Shown here: positions 28,592 to 38,750 of the stretch, piece by piece
Position numbering within the stretch: position 1 is the first letter of the stretch
Layout of the letters: every line of letters starts with the position of its first letter
Assembly (NCBI GenBank): GCA_043826565.1
Contig: JBDRPX010000021.1
Span: forward strand, 18,022-82,021
Length of the DNA stretch: 64,000 nucleotides
Source of the DNA: Candidatus Omnitrophota bacterium
GTDB lineage: Bacteria; Omnitrophota; Gorgyraeia; B26-G9
Direction: 5' to 3'
The notes under the pieces: model-generated
What the model was told of the DNA's origin: nothing
The model's input: only the letters and a program-made list of their open reading frames with translations
Databases searched by the model: none
Position numbers and translations under genes: made by a program

Positions 28592-29895
28592 AGAAAAGTA
28601 GATTGTGTTTTATCTGTATTTTATTGATAACTGTTATCCTTATGTTTTCATGTGATGCTCATGCGGCTTTTCGTTTAGGAGAAAACGGCCCGAAGGTAAG
28701 CGCTTTTGTGGAAAACGATTTTGGTATTAAGCTGGGCAATGATACGACGAAGCGCGATGAATTCAATATGTTTGAGCAGAGACTGCAGTTAAAGACTTCG
28801 GTTTATCCGGAATATACAGAGTTGCTGGAAGACTGGATGGCTCAAGTGAATGTTAAAGCGGATTTTACCGTGGATGAGTACTTTAACGGCCGTACGGATG
28901 CGCAAATGAGAGAATTGAATTTGGCGATAGCTCCGCTAGATTGGATGGATACAAAAATCGGGAGGCAGGTATTTACCTGGGGAACCGGAGATTATTTGTT
29001 TGTCAATGACCTGTTTCCTAAAGATTATGTATCTTTTTATATCGGTAGAGATGACGAGTATCTTAAAAAACCGAGTGACGGAGCAAAAGTTTCTTTGTAT
29101 TCGGAAAAAGCAAACCTTGATCTGGTGGTTATTCCGTTTTTTGAACCGAATACGATTTTTAACGGACAGCGTTTGTCATTTTTTGATCCGTTCCAGGGAG
29201 GCATTGCCGGAGTTAATTCTAACCGTACCTTAACCGAGCCGGATCAAAACCCGGATAATATCGAGTATGCTGCCCGGGTGTATAAAAGTTTTGATAGTTA
29301 TGAAACAGCTTTTTATTTATTCCGCGGATATTATAAAATGCCGCGCGGCTACTTAAATGAATTTAACCGCGAACTTTTTTATCCCCGGCTGGATGCGTAC
29401 GGCGCGAGCATTAGAGGCCCGGTGTTTGGCGGTGTTGGGTATGCCGAAGGCGCATACTATAATTCTCCTCAGGATAATATGGGAGATAACCGCTTAATTG
29501 AAAATCCGATGTTTAAATATATGCTGGGCTTTGAAAAAGACCTGGGTAATGATTTGAAAGCCGGAATGCAATATTTATATGAGCAGATCTTAGAGTATAC
29601 AAATTACCGGAATACTTTACTTGGGCGGGATTATTATTGGGATGAATACCGGCATCTAACAACATTAAGAGTGACAAAGCTGTACAAAAATCAGACGGTT
29701 ATGGCCGGATTATTTGTGTTTTTCTCTCCGTCCGACCTTGACGGATATGTGCGGCCAAGTATAACTTATGATGTTTCGGATGTATTAAAAATTACTTTGG
29801 GAGCTAATCTTGTCTGGGGAGAAGATGTGCAGACAGAATTCGGCCAGATGGAGCATAATAAAAATATATACACGCGGGTGAAATATAGCTTCTAA
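28588..29895 (+). CDS. Putative outer-membrane beta-barrel protein of the MMPL/LolA-like cluster
   Basis: Signal peptide, GRQVFTWG, C-terminal VKYSF. Confidence 0.7.
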   Translation: MKKSRLCFICILLITVILMFSCDAHAAFRLGENGPKVSAFVENDFGIKLGNDTTKRDEFNMFEQRLQLKTSVYPEYTELLEDWMAQVNVKADFTVDEYFNGRTDAQMRELNLAIAPLDWMDTKIGRQVFTWGTGDYLFVNDLFPKDYVSFYIGRDDEYLKKPSDGAKVSLYSEKANLDLVVIPFFEPNTIFNGQRLSFFDPFQGGIAGVNSNRTLTEPDQNPDNIEYAARVYKSFDSYETAFYLFRGYYKMPRGYLNEFNRELFYPRLDAYGASIRGPVFGGVGYAEGAYYNSPQDNMGDNRLIENPMFKYMLGFEKDLGNDLKAGMQYLYEQILEYTNYRNTLLGRDYYWDEYRHLTTLRVTKLYKNQTVMAGLFVFFSPSDLDGYVRPSITYDVSDVLKITLGANLVWGEDVQTEFGQMEHNKNIYTRVKYSF

Positions 29896-30188
29896 ATGAC
29901 GACATTAGTTATGGAACATAACTGATGAAAAGGAGGGAATTCAAAAGTCAAAGGTCAAAACTCAAAACTGCAAGTTAAAAGTCAAAAATAATCAAGAAAG
30001 ATTTTAATTGTTAGTATTTTTAATAATATAACTTTATGATAATAAATAAGTTTTAAATTTTGAATTGAATTTTTGAATTTTGCCTTTTGATTTTTGACAT
30101 ATAAAGCAGGTTAGTTAGAAAAACTTACTGATAAATATTGAATTAACTTAGAATTTTGACAATACGGGTAAGGAATAGGGAGGTTGTT

Positions 30189-30371
30189 ATGATAGAAAAA
30201 ATATTAAGAGGCATGGCGGGGTTTTTTATTTTAGTAAGTTTGGCATTAGCGCATTTTGTTGACCCCCGATGGCTGTGGTTTACGGCGTTTGTGGGATTAA
30301 ATCTTTTGCAATCGGCATTTACGAATTGGTGCCCGATGATGACAATACTTAAAAAAATTGGGGTAAAATAG
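30189..30371 (+). CDS. DUF2892 / YgaP-like membrane protein
   Basis: WLWFTAFVGLNLLQSAFTNWCPM. SD GGAGG before ATG 30189. Confidence 0.85.
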   Translation: MIEKILRGMAGFFILVSLALAHFVDPRWLWFTAFVGLNLLQSAFTNWCPMMTILKKIGVK

Positions 30372-30466
30372 GGTTGCATGTTGCAGGTTTCATGTAACAG
30401 GTTTTTTTTGTCCGGGTTGTGACTTGAAACTTGAGATAAGCTTGACATTGAATCAGGAGAATAAAT

Positions 30467-30688
30467 ATGCCGATTTACACATATGTATGTAAAGACTGCG
30501 GGGAGCAGTTTGACTTGTTAGTGGGAGTGACCAGCGATAAGACCGCGAAAAAATGCTCCAAATGCGGAAGTAAAAAAATCGAGAAAATATTTTCCGCCTT
30601 CAGTGTCGGAAAACAGACTAAAGCATGCGGATTTAAACCCAGCACCTGTCCAACTTCTGGCAAAGGATGCTGTCCGGGGTGCCAATAA
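30467..30688 (+). CDS. FmdB-family zinc-ribbon protein
   Basis: MPIYTYVCKDCG..CSKCGS..KIFSAF. Confidence 0.88.
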   Translation: MPIYTYVCKDCGEQFDLLVGVTSDKTAKKCSKCGSKKIEKIFSAFSVGKQTKACGFKPSTCPTSGKGCCPGCQ

Positions 30689-30761
30689 TAAAAGTGAAAA
30701 ATTATAAACCAAAAGCTAAAAATGAGTTTTTAACCTTTGACTTTGCAGTTTTGATTTTATT

Positions 30762-31676
30762 ATGAAGATATATGATTTAATAATTTTGGGTGCCGGGCCG
30801 GCGGGGATTACCGCTGCGGTTTATGCCAGCCGCAAAAAACTGGATTTTTTGATCATCACCCAAGATGTCGGGGGACAGGCAATATGGAGCGGAGATATTG
30901 AAAATTATACAGGATATCAGTTTATTTCCGGTCCGGAGCTGGTGATGAAGTTTCAGGAACATCTGAAGGCTTTTTCCATTCCGGTGAATATGTCTGAGGA
31001 TGTAAGAGCATTGATAAAAGAAGATGATATTATAAAAGTAATAACGGATAAGGCGGAATATTTATCCCGGACCGTTATAATCGCTACCGGTAAACGGCCG
31101 AAAGCATTAAATGTGCCCGGAGAAGTTGAGTTTAGGAACAAAGGATTAACCTACTGCGCGACCTGTGACGGCCCGTTATTTAAAAGTAAAGATGTGGCTG
31201 TCATCGGCGGAGGCAATTCCGGATTAGACGCGGCATTGCAGATGATGAAAATTTCTCCCAAGGTGTATATTATTACTAATTCCGAGGAACTTACCGGTGA
31301 TCCGGTCATGGTAGAAAAAATAAAACAAGCTAATAATGTGGAAATTTGGTATAATTCCAGCGTAATAAAGATTTCCGGAGAAAAATTTGTTGAGGCTTTA
31401 GAGCTGAAAAAACAAGGGCAAATACATACTATTCCGGTAAAGGGTATATTTGTAGAGGTAGGATTAATCCCCAATACGGGTTTTGCCGGAATCACCGAAA
31501 GAAATGAGAAAGAGGAAGTTATTGTAGATTGTGCTAATAAGACCGATATTGCCGGGATTTTTGCGGCCGGTGATGTTACTAATGTCCCGGAAAAACAGAT
31601 TATTGTTGCTTGCGGAGAAGGAGCTAAAGCCGCTCTTTCGGCAGGCAAATATTTATCAACCCATGTCTTTACTTAG
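30762..31676 (+). CDS. Thioredoxin reductase / AhpF-like FAD-dependent oxidoreductase
   Basis: GAGPAG, YCATCDG, GGGNSG and FAAGDVT. Confidence 0.92.
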   Translation: MKIYDLIILGAGPAGITAAVYASRKKLDFLIITQDVGGQAIWSGDIENYTGYQFISGPELVMKFQEHLKAFSIPVNMSEDVRALIKEDDIIKVITDKAEYLSRTVIIATGKRPKALNVPGEVEFRNKGLTYCATCDGPLFKSKDVAVIGGGNSGLDAALQMMKISPKVYIITNSEELTGDPVMVEKIKQANNVEIWYNSSVIKISGEKFVEALELKKQGQIHTIPVKGIFVEVGLIPNTGFAGITERNEKEEVIVDCANKTDIAGIFAAGDVTNVPEKQIIVACGEGAKAALSAGKYLSTHVFT

Positions 31677-31695
31677 AGAGAAAGGGAATTAAAAA

Positions 31696-32199
31696 ATGGA
31701 ATTATCTGCTGTAATCGTTAATTTTTTCAAAAAACAGAAGTTTGTTGTTGTTTCCACGATTAATAAATCCGGGTATATTCACTGTTCCGCAAAAGGGATT
31801 GTCGGGATAGAAAAAGATGGAAAAGTATATTTGATAGACGCTTATCGGGCAAGTACTTTGGAAAACCTTAAAAATAATCCCAAAATTACGCTGACTTCAG
31901 TCGACGGGCAGGATTTTATCGGATATTCTTTAAAAGGAACAGCAAAGATTGTGGAACGGGAAAAGATAAAAGAGCATATTATTGCCGAATGGGAACAGCG
32001 GATTATCAAAAGGATATCCGACCGCCTGATTAAAAATGTTCAGGCGCAAAATCCCGGATTACATCATCCGGAAGCAATGATCCCGCCGCCGCAATATCTG
32101 ATTGAAGTTGATGTGGAAGCGGTTATTGATCTTGCCCCGCATAATTTAAAAAGCTCGATTATTCTGCAGACAGAAAACGGTAATGCAAATAGCGATTAA
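31696..32199 (+). CDS. Pyridoxamine 5'-phosphate oxidase-like (FMN split-barrel) protein
   Basis: VVST..G..HCSAKG, TLENLKNNP and GYSLKGTA. Confidence 0.75.
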   Translation: MELSAVIVNFFKKQKFVVVSTINKSGYIHCSAKGIVGIEKDGKVYLIDAYRASTLENLKNNPKITLTSVDGQDFIGYSLKGTAKIVEREKIKEHIIAEWEQRIIKRISDRLIKNVQAQNPGLHHPEAMIPPPQYLIEVDVEAVIDLAPHNLKSSIILQTENGNANSD

Positions 32200-33400
32200 T
32201 TTTCTTAAAGAGATTCTCAGCTTATGGCTGGAAGTATCTCCCTATCTGCTTTTGGGAATGGTGTTTGCCGGGTTACTGCATGTATTTTTAGGCAAGGAGT
32301 TTATTACGCGGCAGTTGGGAAAAGCCGGGATCGGATCGGTAATAAAAGCGACTTTGCTGGGTATTCCGCTTCCGGTTTGCTCCTGCGGAGTTATTCCGGT
32401 GGTAAGTTCTTTAAGAAAAGACGGAGCGCATAAATCAAGCATCCTTTCTTTTTTAGTATCCACGCCGACAACCGGCATTGACTCTATATTGGCATCGTAT
32501 TCCCTCCTGGGTCCTTTATTCGCGCTATTTCGGCCGCTGGGCGCGGCACTTGCCGGGATAATTTTAGGCGTTCTTGATTATATTATTGAGGGCAAGGACG
32601 AGCAGCAAAAAGCAATTCCTGAGCATGATCATCCCAAACTGCATATTGTTTTTCGCGGGAAAGAATTTTTGCGCTATTGCTTCTTGGAAATCCCTCAGGA
32701 TATCGGAAAGGCTTTGATCATCGGTATTGTTGCCGGAGGCGCGATCTCTGCTTTTATCCCGCAGGAATTATTTTCCCAATATGTGAGCTTCCCGTTTGAT
32801 TTTATTGTCGCCTTAGTGATTGGTATTCCGCTTTATGTGTGCGCGACCGGATCTATTCCTGTTGCCGTGACTTTGATCCAGAAAGGATTTTCTCCCGGAG
32901 CGGGGTTAGTCTTTTTGATCGTCGGGCCGGCAACTAATGCGATCACGCTTTCTTTTGTGCGCGCAAAACTGGGGAAAAAGTCTTTTTATTTATACCTGAT
33001 AACGATCATTGTTGTTGCTGTTGTTTTAGGTTTTGTGTTTAATTATGTCTGGGCAACTTTAGGTGAGGATTCTCGCCTGGTTACCGGAGGGGGGAAGATG
33101 CTTCCGGAGCAGGTAAAGATAATCTGCGGCCTGATCATGGCGGTTTTAATCGGTAATGGATTAAGAAAAGAAAAAACCTGCTCTGGTTTGCTCAATCCGG
33201 ATCTGGAGATCATTGTCCCGGATATGGATTGTGATCATTGCAAAATAACCTTAGAAAATAAGCTGAAAGAATTAGATGGTATTACCGCGGTACACATAGA
33301 TATTCCCCAAAAATCAGTAAAAATAACCGGAAAAATTGATAAGCAGTTGGTAATAAATAAGATAATAGAATCCGGATATACCCCGCAGAAGCTTAATTAG
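32183..33400 (+). CDS. ArsP/SO_0444-like metal permease with C-terminal HMA domain
   Basis: PLPVCSCGVIP, PLYVCATGSIP, GPATN and MDCDHC. Confidence 0.88.
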   Translation: MQIAINFLKEILSLWLEVSPYLLLGMVFAGLLHVFLGKEFITRQLGKAGIGSVIKATLLGIPLPVCSCGVIPVVSSLRKDGAHKSSILSFLVSTPTTGIDSILASYSLLGPLFALFRPLGAALAGIILGVLDYIIEGKDEQQKAIPEHDHPKLHIVFRGKEFLRYCFLEIPQDIGKALIIGIVAGGAISAFIPQELFSQYVSFPFDFIVALVIGIPLYVCATGSIPVAVTLIQKGFSPGAGLVFLIVGPATNAITLSFVRAKLGKKSFYLYLITIIVVAVVLGFVFNYVWATLGEDSRLVTGGGKMLPEQVKIICGLIMAVLIGNGLRKEKTCSGLLNPDLEIIVPDMDCDHCKITLENKLKELDGITAVHIDIPQKSVKITGKIDKQLVINKIIESGYTPQKLN

Positions 33401-33532
33401 AAAACGTCTTATTATTATAAGATAAATTATTATATTTGACAAAATTACCCAAATTAAGTAGCATAATCAGTATGAATTTATAATATACTGTAATAAGATA
33501 TGATAATATTTCCTGCTTTAAGGAGGTAATTC

Positions 33533-35533
33533 ATGAATTATTTAAAAGAATTTTTCAAGGTTTTCCTCATCGGTTTTTTTGTTGTTTTAACAGCCACCTC
33601 ATCATATTCCTCCGAGATTGCGGCAAATGAAGAATTACTCTGGATGGATATTCCTGATATTACCGGTGTTTCTAAAGCTGTGCAAAGTTATAAAGATGTG
33701 CCCATGTCTGTTTATGTTATTACGAATGAAGAGATGGACAGATGGGGGGTCCGGTCGCTTTATGAATTATTTCAAAGAGTGCCGGGATATTCTTTTTATA
33801 ATACGGATTATTATGGACAGTATGGCTGTATCGGAAGAGGTTTGCAATCAGTTTGGCGGTATGGCTGCAGTTTTGAACTTATGAATGTTGTTGATTTCGG
33901 CCACATGACATTTTCTCCGCATTTTTTTGATTCAATAGAGATTGCCCGCGGCAATGCCGGAATTATGTGGGGCAGCGGAGCAGAAGCGGGATTAATAAAT
34001 TTTAATATTCGCAGTGACCTGGAGGGATTAGAAACTGTTGTAGAAGCAGGTAATTTAGATCGTCAGTCGGTTGATATATTATACGGAGAAAAACTTGATA
34101 ATGGCAATGCCGGAGACGGATTCTTTATTGGCTGGCATATGGAAAATCAGGACTATGAACTGCAGAATGATGCTTTTGATACCAGCGGCGCGACATGGAA
34201 GGAAAACGGCTTAAATAATTCCCAAACACTGCTGGGTAAAATCAAATATAATCAGTTTAAATTTATTATCTTCCAGGATAATCCTGACCATATCGCGCCG
34301 AAACAGTGGTTTGGCAATGCCGGACTACAGGCCTCGATAGAGGATTTTCAGGATGACCTTCATGATACCCTGGAGGTTTTGGCCTACCGGGCGGAATATC
34401 ATCTTTTGGAAGAAGACATTCCTTTGGAGAATACCGAAATGTATTTCTACCACGATTACTATAAAAAGCAATGGTGGATGGAATCCGTGGCTTTAGATAC
34501 TCAGAGAAAGCGGTCGATCGGTGTTAACGCGGAGACTATTTTTGGGGATGATAAGATGCTTTTAAATTACGGAGGTGATTTATGGGGAGAGGATCAAAAC
34601 TTCGCCCCGTCTTTTACCACTAACTGGAGCCGTCCCTGGGGTATAACCTGGTACGATACTAATATCTCTCCGGAAAAATATACCTATCGGAATTTTTATG
34701 CCGATAGTAAATATACTGTTAATGACCAGTGGAAAGTTTTTTTCGGTTCCCGTGTGGATTATCAGCGCCCCAGCGATTCGGATAAGACAATAGTTTCCGG
34801 GCCGCGCACCGGACTGATCTATACTCCACAGGATCAATTAACTTTGAAATATATCTACAATAGCGGCAAACGCAGGCCGCAGGCTAATGAACGGGCTGCC
34901 GGTATATCCGAAGAGCAGATCACGGCGCATGAGTTTATTATGATGTTTGAATTAGCGGAAAAGTTAAAACTGGATACAACGATTTTTTATCAAAAACTGA
35001 CCGACCAAATAACCCGGGATAATAGCCCGTCGGCATTAAATGCTTTTGTAAATACCGGAGGAATATCTACCAAGGGATTGGAATGGGCCTTGAAATATCA
35101 GCCGCAAAAAGATCTTTTGGTTTATTGGAACGGAACTGTTCTCCGGGGCAAGGTGAGTGAGGGGCAATCCGGATTGGGAGAGGCGCGCAATGATAAGAAT
35201 GAACCGTTGTTTGTGCCGAAGATCACCAGCTTTTTAGGAGCGGAAACTTCTGCTTTTCCCCTGTGCACGCTAAATGTCGATCTGCGCACAATTGCCGATA
35301 TCCCCTATCAGGCTATTAATGGAGATTATTCCAGTGCCGGAACTTATTTTGTCGATTTTACGGCAAGATCAAAAAAACTCTGGCAAAACAAAATGGTTCT
35401 CTCTCTTGTATGCCTAAATGTCCTGGATAAGCAAAATAAAATTCCGGCTTTTGGGGAACATGCCGGAAATTCCGCAGGGACGCTTGAACCGGAAGGCCGC
35501 CGCTGGTATCTGCAGGCCACTATAGACTGGTAA
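33533..35533 (+). CDS. TonB-dependent receptor
   Basis: Signal peptide, plug (PMSVYVIT, FQRVPG, IEIARG) and C-terminal NVLD..GRRWYLQATIDW. Confidence 0.88.
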   Translation: MNYLKEFFKVFLIGFFVVLTATSSYSSEIAANEELLWMDIPDITGVSKAVQSYKDVPMSVYVITNEEMDRWGVRSLYELFQRVPGYSFYNTDYYGQYGCIGRGLQSVWRYGCSFELMNVVDFGHMTFSPHFFDSIEIARGNAGIMWGSGAEAGLINFNIRSDLEGLETVVEAGNLDRQSVDILYGEKLDNGNAGDGFFIGWHMENQDYELQNDAFDTSGATWKENGLNNSQTLLGKIKYNQFKFIIFQDNPDHIAPKQWFGNAGLQASIEDFQDDLHDTLEVLAYRAEYHLLEEDIPLENTEMYFYHDYYKKQWWMESVALDTQRKRSIGVNAETIFGDDKMLLNYGGDLWGEDQNFAPSFTTNWSRPWGITWYDTNISPEKYTYRNFYADSKYTVNDQWKVFFGSRVDYQRPSDSDKTIVSGPRTGLIYTPQDQLTLKYIYNSGKRRPQANERAAGISEEQITAHEFIMMFELAEKLKLDTTIFYQKLTDQITRDNSPSALNAFVNTGGISTKGLEWALKYQPQKDLLVYWNGTVLRGKVSEGQSGLGEARNDKNEPLFVPKITSFLGAETSAFPLCTLNVDLRTIADIPYQAINGDYSSAGTYFVDFTARSKKLWQNKMVLSLVCLNVLDKQNKIPAFGEHAGNSAGTLEPEGRRWYLQATIDW

Positions 35534-35632
35534 TTTAAAAAAACTTTCAAAATACCTTGACAAATACCCAAAATGATACTAAACTAGTATTATATTGAAG
35601 GTATTTGTTTTTTTAATGAAGGTGAGGCAGAT

Positions 35633-36466
35633 ATGAAGAGAAATATAATAAAGATTGCTGAAGATAAGTGCAATGGATGCGGGCTGTGTATGCCGAATTG
35701 TCCGGAAGGTGCAATTCAGATAATCGATGATAAGGCTCGATTGATCAGTGATCTCTTTTGTGATGGGTTGGGAGCTTGTATCGGTCATTGCCCGGAAGGC
35801 GCGATAACTATAGAGGAAAGAGAAGCCGTGGAGTATGATGAAAAAAAGACGATGGAGAATATTATTAAAGCCGGGTCGAATGTCATAAAAGCGCATTTAA
35901 AACATTTGCAGGACCATGGGCAAACCGATTTTTATAATCAGGCCTTAGAGGTTTTAAAAGATAAAAACATCGAGGTTTCTTTGGAAAATGAAAAACCGTC
36001 TATGCATAGTCATGAGGGCGGATGCCCGGGAATGAAAATGATGGATTTTAGAAAAGAGCAGACTTCTCGTCCGGATAATAAACCGGCTGTGTCAATGCAG
36101 TCGGAACTTAGGCAATGGCCTATACAATTGAAATTACTCAATCCCCAGGCGCCGTATTTTAAGGGCGCGGATTTACTTATTGCCGCGGATTGCGCTCCGT
36201 TTACTTATGCTAATTTTCATCAGAAATTTTTAAAGGGAAAGATACTGGTGATTTTCTGCCCGAAATTAGATGACGGGTTAGAAGGCTATGTGGAAAAACT
36301 GGCAGCAATTTTAAAGAATAGTAATATTAAGTCGATCACTACGGTGCACATGGAAGTACCGTGTTGTTCAGGTGTAGTTGGTATAGTAGAGAAGGCTCTG
36401 GAGAAATCCGGTAAAAATATAATCGTCAAAGATTATACGGTTTCTTTGCAGGGAGAATTAATTTAA
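35633..36466 (+). CDS. 4Fe-4S ferredoxin-domain protein (hcp-associated)
   Basis: CNGCGLCMPNCP, CDGLGACIGHCP, WPIQL, AADC, CPKLD and MEVPCC. Confidence 0.88.
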   Translation: MKRNIIKIAEDKCNGCGLCMPNCPEGAIQIIDDKARLISDLFCDGLGACIGHCPEGAITIEEREAVEYDEKKTMENIIKAGSNVIKAHLKHLQDHGQTDFYNQALEVLKDKNIEVSLENEKPSMHSHEGGCPGMKMMDFRKEQTSRPDNKPAVSMQSELRQWPIQLKLLNPQAPYFKGADLLIAADCAPFTYANFHQKFLKGKILVIFCPKLDDGLEGYVEKLAAILKNSNIKSITTVHMEVPCCSGVVGIVEKALEKSGKNIIVKDYTVSLQGELI

Positions 36467-36480
36467 CTAGACAGAAGGAA

Positions 36481-36565
36481 GTCCGGGCACCAAAAAGATG
36501 TGCCACGGACATAAATTCGCCCAGATAACTTATGTTCACTTAGGTCCATAAGTTAGGGGCTCATT
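36481..36565 (+). repeat. Dispersed two-hairpin pre-RBS element, copy C
   Basis: GTCCGGGCAC..GTGCCACGGAC followed by AATTCGCCCAGATAACTTATG..CATAAGTTAGGGGCTCATT, then SD AGGAGG. Confidence 0.8.
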
Positions 36566-36581
36566 TAGGAGGGGATAAATC

Positions 36582-38273
36582 ATGACAACAATGTTTTGCC
36601 GGCAGTGTGAACAGACAATAAATGGAAAGGGATGTGAAAAAACGCAGGGAGTTTGCGGAAAGACCGCGGAGACTTCTGTGCTTCAGGATTTGCTGATCCA
36701 CGTGCTTATCGGGATTGGTATTTACGGTAATCTTGCCCGGGAATTAACCGGGATCAAGGATAATAACCTGGATCTTTTTGTGATTGAAGGATTATTTACG
36801 ACGGTGACCAATGTTAATTTTGACCAAGCAAGGATCGCCGGCTTGATTTGGACAGCTTGTGAAAAGAAAGAAAAAATTAAAAATGTGTTTTTGGAACAGT
36901 ATAAAATTAATACCGGTAAAGAATTTGACCGGAAACTGCCGCTAGCGGCAAATTTCCAGCCGGCAGATACTTTAGAGGAATTGATTGAACAAGCAGGTAC
37001 TGTTGGGATTATGGCTGATCCTGATCTGAATGAAGATATCCGCAGCTTGCGTGAATTGCTTCTTTACAGTCTTAAGGGCATGGCCGCATATGCGGATCAC
37101 GCTTTGATCTTAGGTGAAAGAAATGAACAGGTAAACGCGTTTTTTTATAAGGGGTTGAATGCCTTGGCAGATGATAGTTTATCGGCGGATGATCTGGTCG
37201 GTTTATTGATGGAATTCGGCCAGGTAAATTTAACTTGTATGGAAACATTAGATCATGCGCATACAAATCATTTTGGGCATCCGGTGCCGACAAAAGTATC
37301 TTTAGGAATTAAAAAAGGCCCGGCAATTATTGTTTCCGGGCATGACCTTGCCGATTTAGAACAGCTTTTGGAGCAGACAAAAGATAAAGGAATAAACATT
37401 TATACTCACGGAGAAATGCTTCCGGCACACGGCTATCCGGGATTGAAAAAATATTCGCATTTGGCGGGGCATTTCGGCACGGCTTGGCAAAATCAGCAAA
37501 AAGAATTTGACGGAATCCCGGCAGTGGTGCTGATGACGACAAATTGTATTCAAAAACCGAAAGATTCATATAAGGATAATATTTTCACAACCAGCCTGGT
37601 TGCCTGGCCGGAGATTACGCATATTCAGGCACAATCTGACGGTAAGAAAGATTTTACCGCGGTAATCAATAAAGCGATTGGATTAGGCGGTTTTAGTGAA
37701 GATAAACCGGATAAAGATATTTTGGTAGGGTTTGGCCACAATGCTGTATTAGGGGTTGCGGATAAGGTAATTGCCGCGGTTAAAAACAAAGCCATAAGAC
37801 ATTTTTTTCTTATCGGCGGATGTGACGGAGCAAAGCCGGGAAGGAATTATTATACGGAATTTGCGCAGAAAGTTCCCGCGGACTGTGTAATCCTGACTCT
37901 GGCCTGCGGTAAATTTAGATTTAATACTCTTGATTTCGGAACTATCGGAGAACTGCCGCGGCTATTGGATTGCGGTCAGTGTAATGACGCTTATTCGGCG
38001 ATCAAGATCGCGGCAGCTTTAGCAGAAGCTTTTAATTGTTCGGTTAATGATTTACCGTTATCAATGATCCTTTCCTGGTATGAGCAAAAGGCGGTATGTA
38101 TACTAATTACTTTACTGTCCCTGGGAATAACAAAAATAAAGCTGGGGCCGTCCTTGCCGGCTTTTGTTTCTTCGAATGTGCTGAAGATCTTAGTGGAAAA
38201 ATTTACGATTGCGGCGATTACCACTCCGGATAAAGATTTAAAAGAGATACTCCCGGACCTGCAGATGGTATAA
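36582..38273 (+). CDS. hcp: Hybrid cluster protein (hydroxylamine reductase)
   Basis: MFCRQCEQT..GC..GVCGK, SGHDL, THGEMLP, GGCDG, GQCNDAYS and SWYEQKA. Confidence 0.96.
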   Translation: MTTMFCRQCEQTINGKGCEKTQGVCGKTAETSVLQDLLIHVLIGIGIYGNLARELTGIKDNNLDLFVIEGLFTTVTNVNFDQARIAGLIWTACEKKEKIKNVFLEQYKINTGKEFDRKLPLAANFQPADTLEELIEQAGTVGIMADPDLNEDIRSLRELLLYSLKGMAAYADHALILGERNEQVNAFFYKGLNALADDSLSADDLVGLLMEFGQVNLTCMETLDHAHTNHFGHPVPTKVSLGIKKGPAIIVSGHDLADLEQLLEQTKDKGINIYTHGEMLPAHGYPGLKKYSHLAGHFGTAWQNQQKEFDGIPAVVLMTTNCIQKPKDSYKDNIFTTSLVAWPEITHIQAQSDGKKDFTAVINKAIGLGGFSEDKPDKDILVGFGHNAVLGVADKVIAAVKNKAIRHFFLIGGCDGAKPGRNYYTEFAQKVPADCVILTLACGKFRFNTLDFGTIGELPRLLDCGQCNDAYSAIKIAAALAEAFNCSVNDLPLSMILSWYEQKAVCILITLLSLGITKIKLGPSLPAFVSSNVLKILVEKFTIAAITTPDKDLKEILPDLQMV

Positions 38274-38309
38274 TAGTTTAAATGTAAACTAATTATCAGG
38301 AGGGGTGCG

Positions 38310-38705
38310 ATGTGCAGAAGAACTTTAATTGTGCTGATCGGATTATTTTTTCTGGTTACGCCGGTTTACGGGGGCTCGGCACAGGATATTTCTGTGCAAA
38401 AGGATAAGGCTAAACAGGAACTGCAGATAAAAGTGCGCTATCCTACGCGGCAGCCCCGGAATCAATATATCCGGACAATCGAGGTTTTTATTGATGATCA
38501 GGCGCCCATTGAAAGGAGATTTTCTTTTCAGAGAGGTAATTTTCAGAAGATGACTGTTCCGGTGCCTGAGCTGGCCGCGGTAAAAAAGGTTACGGTTAAG
38601 GCAAATCCAAAGACCGGTACTTATATTGAAAGAACTTTTTCCGAAAAAGAAATTCCGGAAGTAACCGAAGAAAAAGCTCCAAACCCACAAGAAGCTGATT
38701 ACTAA
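38310..38705 (+). CDS. Hypothetical exported protein
   Basis: SD GGAGGGG and signal peptide. No recognised family. Confidence 0.65.
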   Translation: MCRRTLIVLIGLFFLVTPVYGGSAQDISVQKDKAKQELQIKVRYPTRQPRNQYIRTIEVFIDDQAPIERRFSFQRGNFQKMTVPVPELAAVKKVTVKANPKTGTYIERTFSEKEIPEVTEEKAPNPQEADY

Positions 38706-38750
38706 ACCCCGTGGGGGGGAGGAAATGAAAAATTTTTATTAGGGGAGGCT

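Noticed and set aside
29896-29928. Tiny ORF MTTLVMEHN after the outer-membrane gene
   Set aside because: Nine codons, no SD and no recognisable motif.
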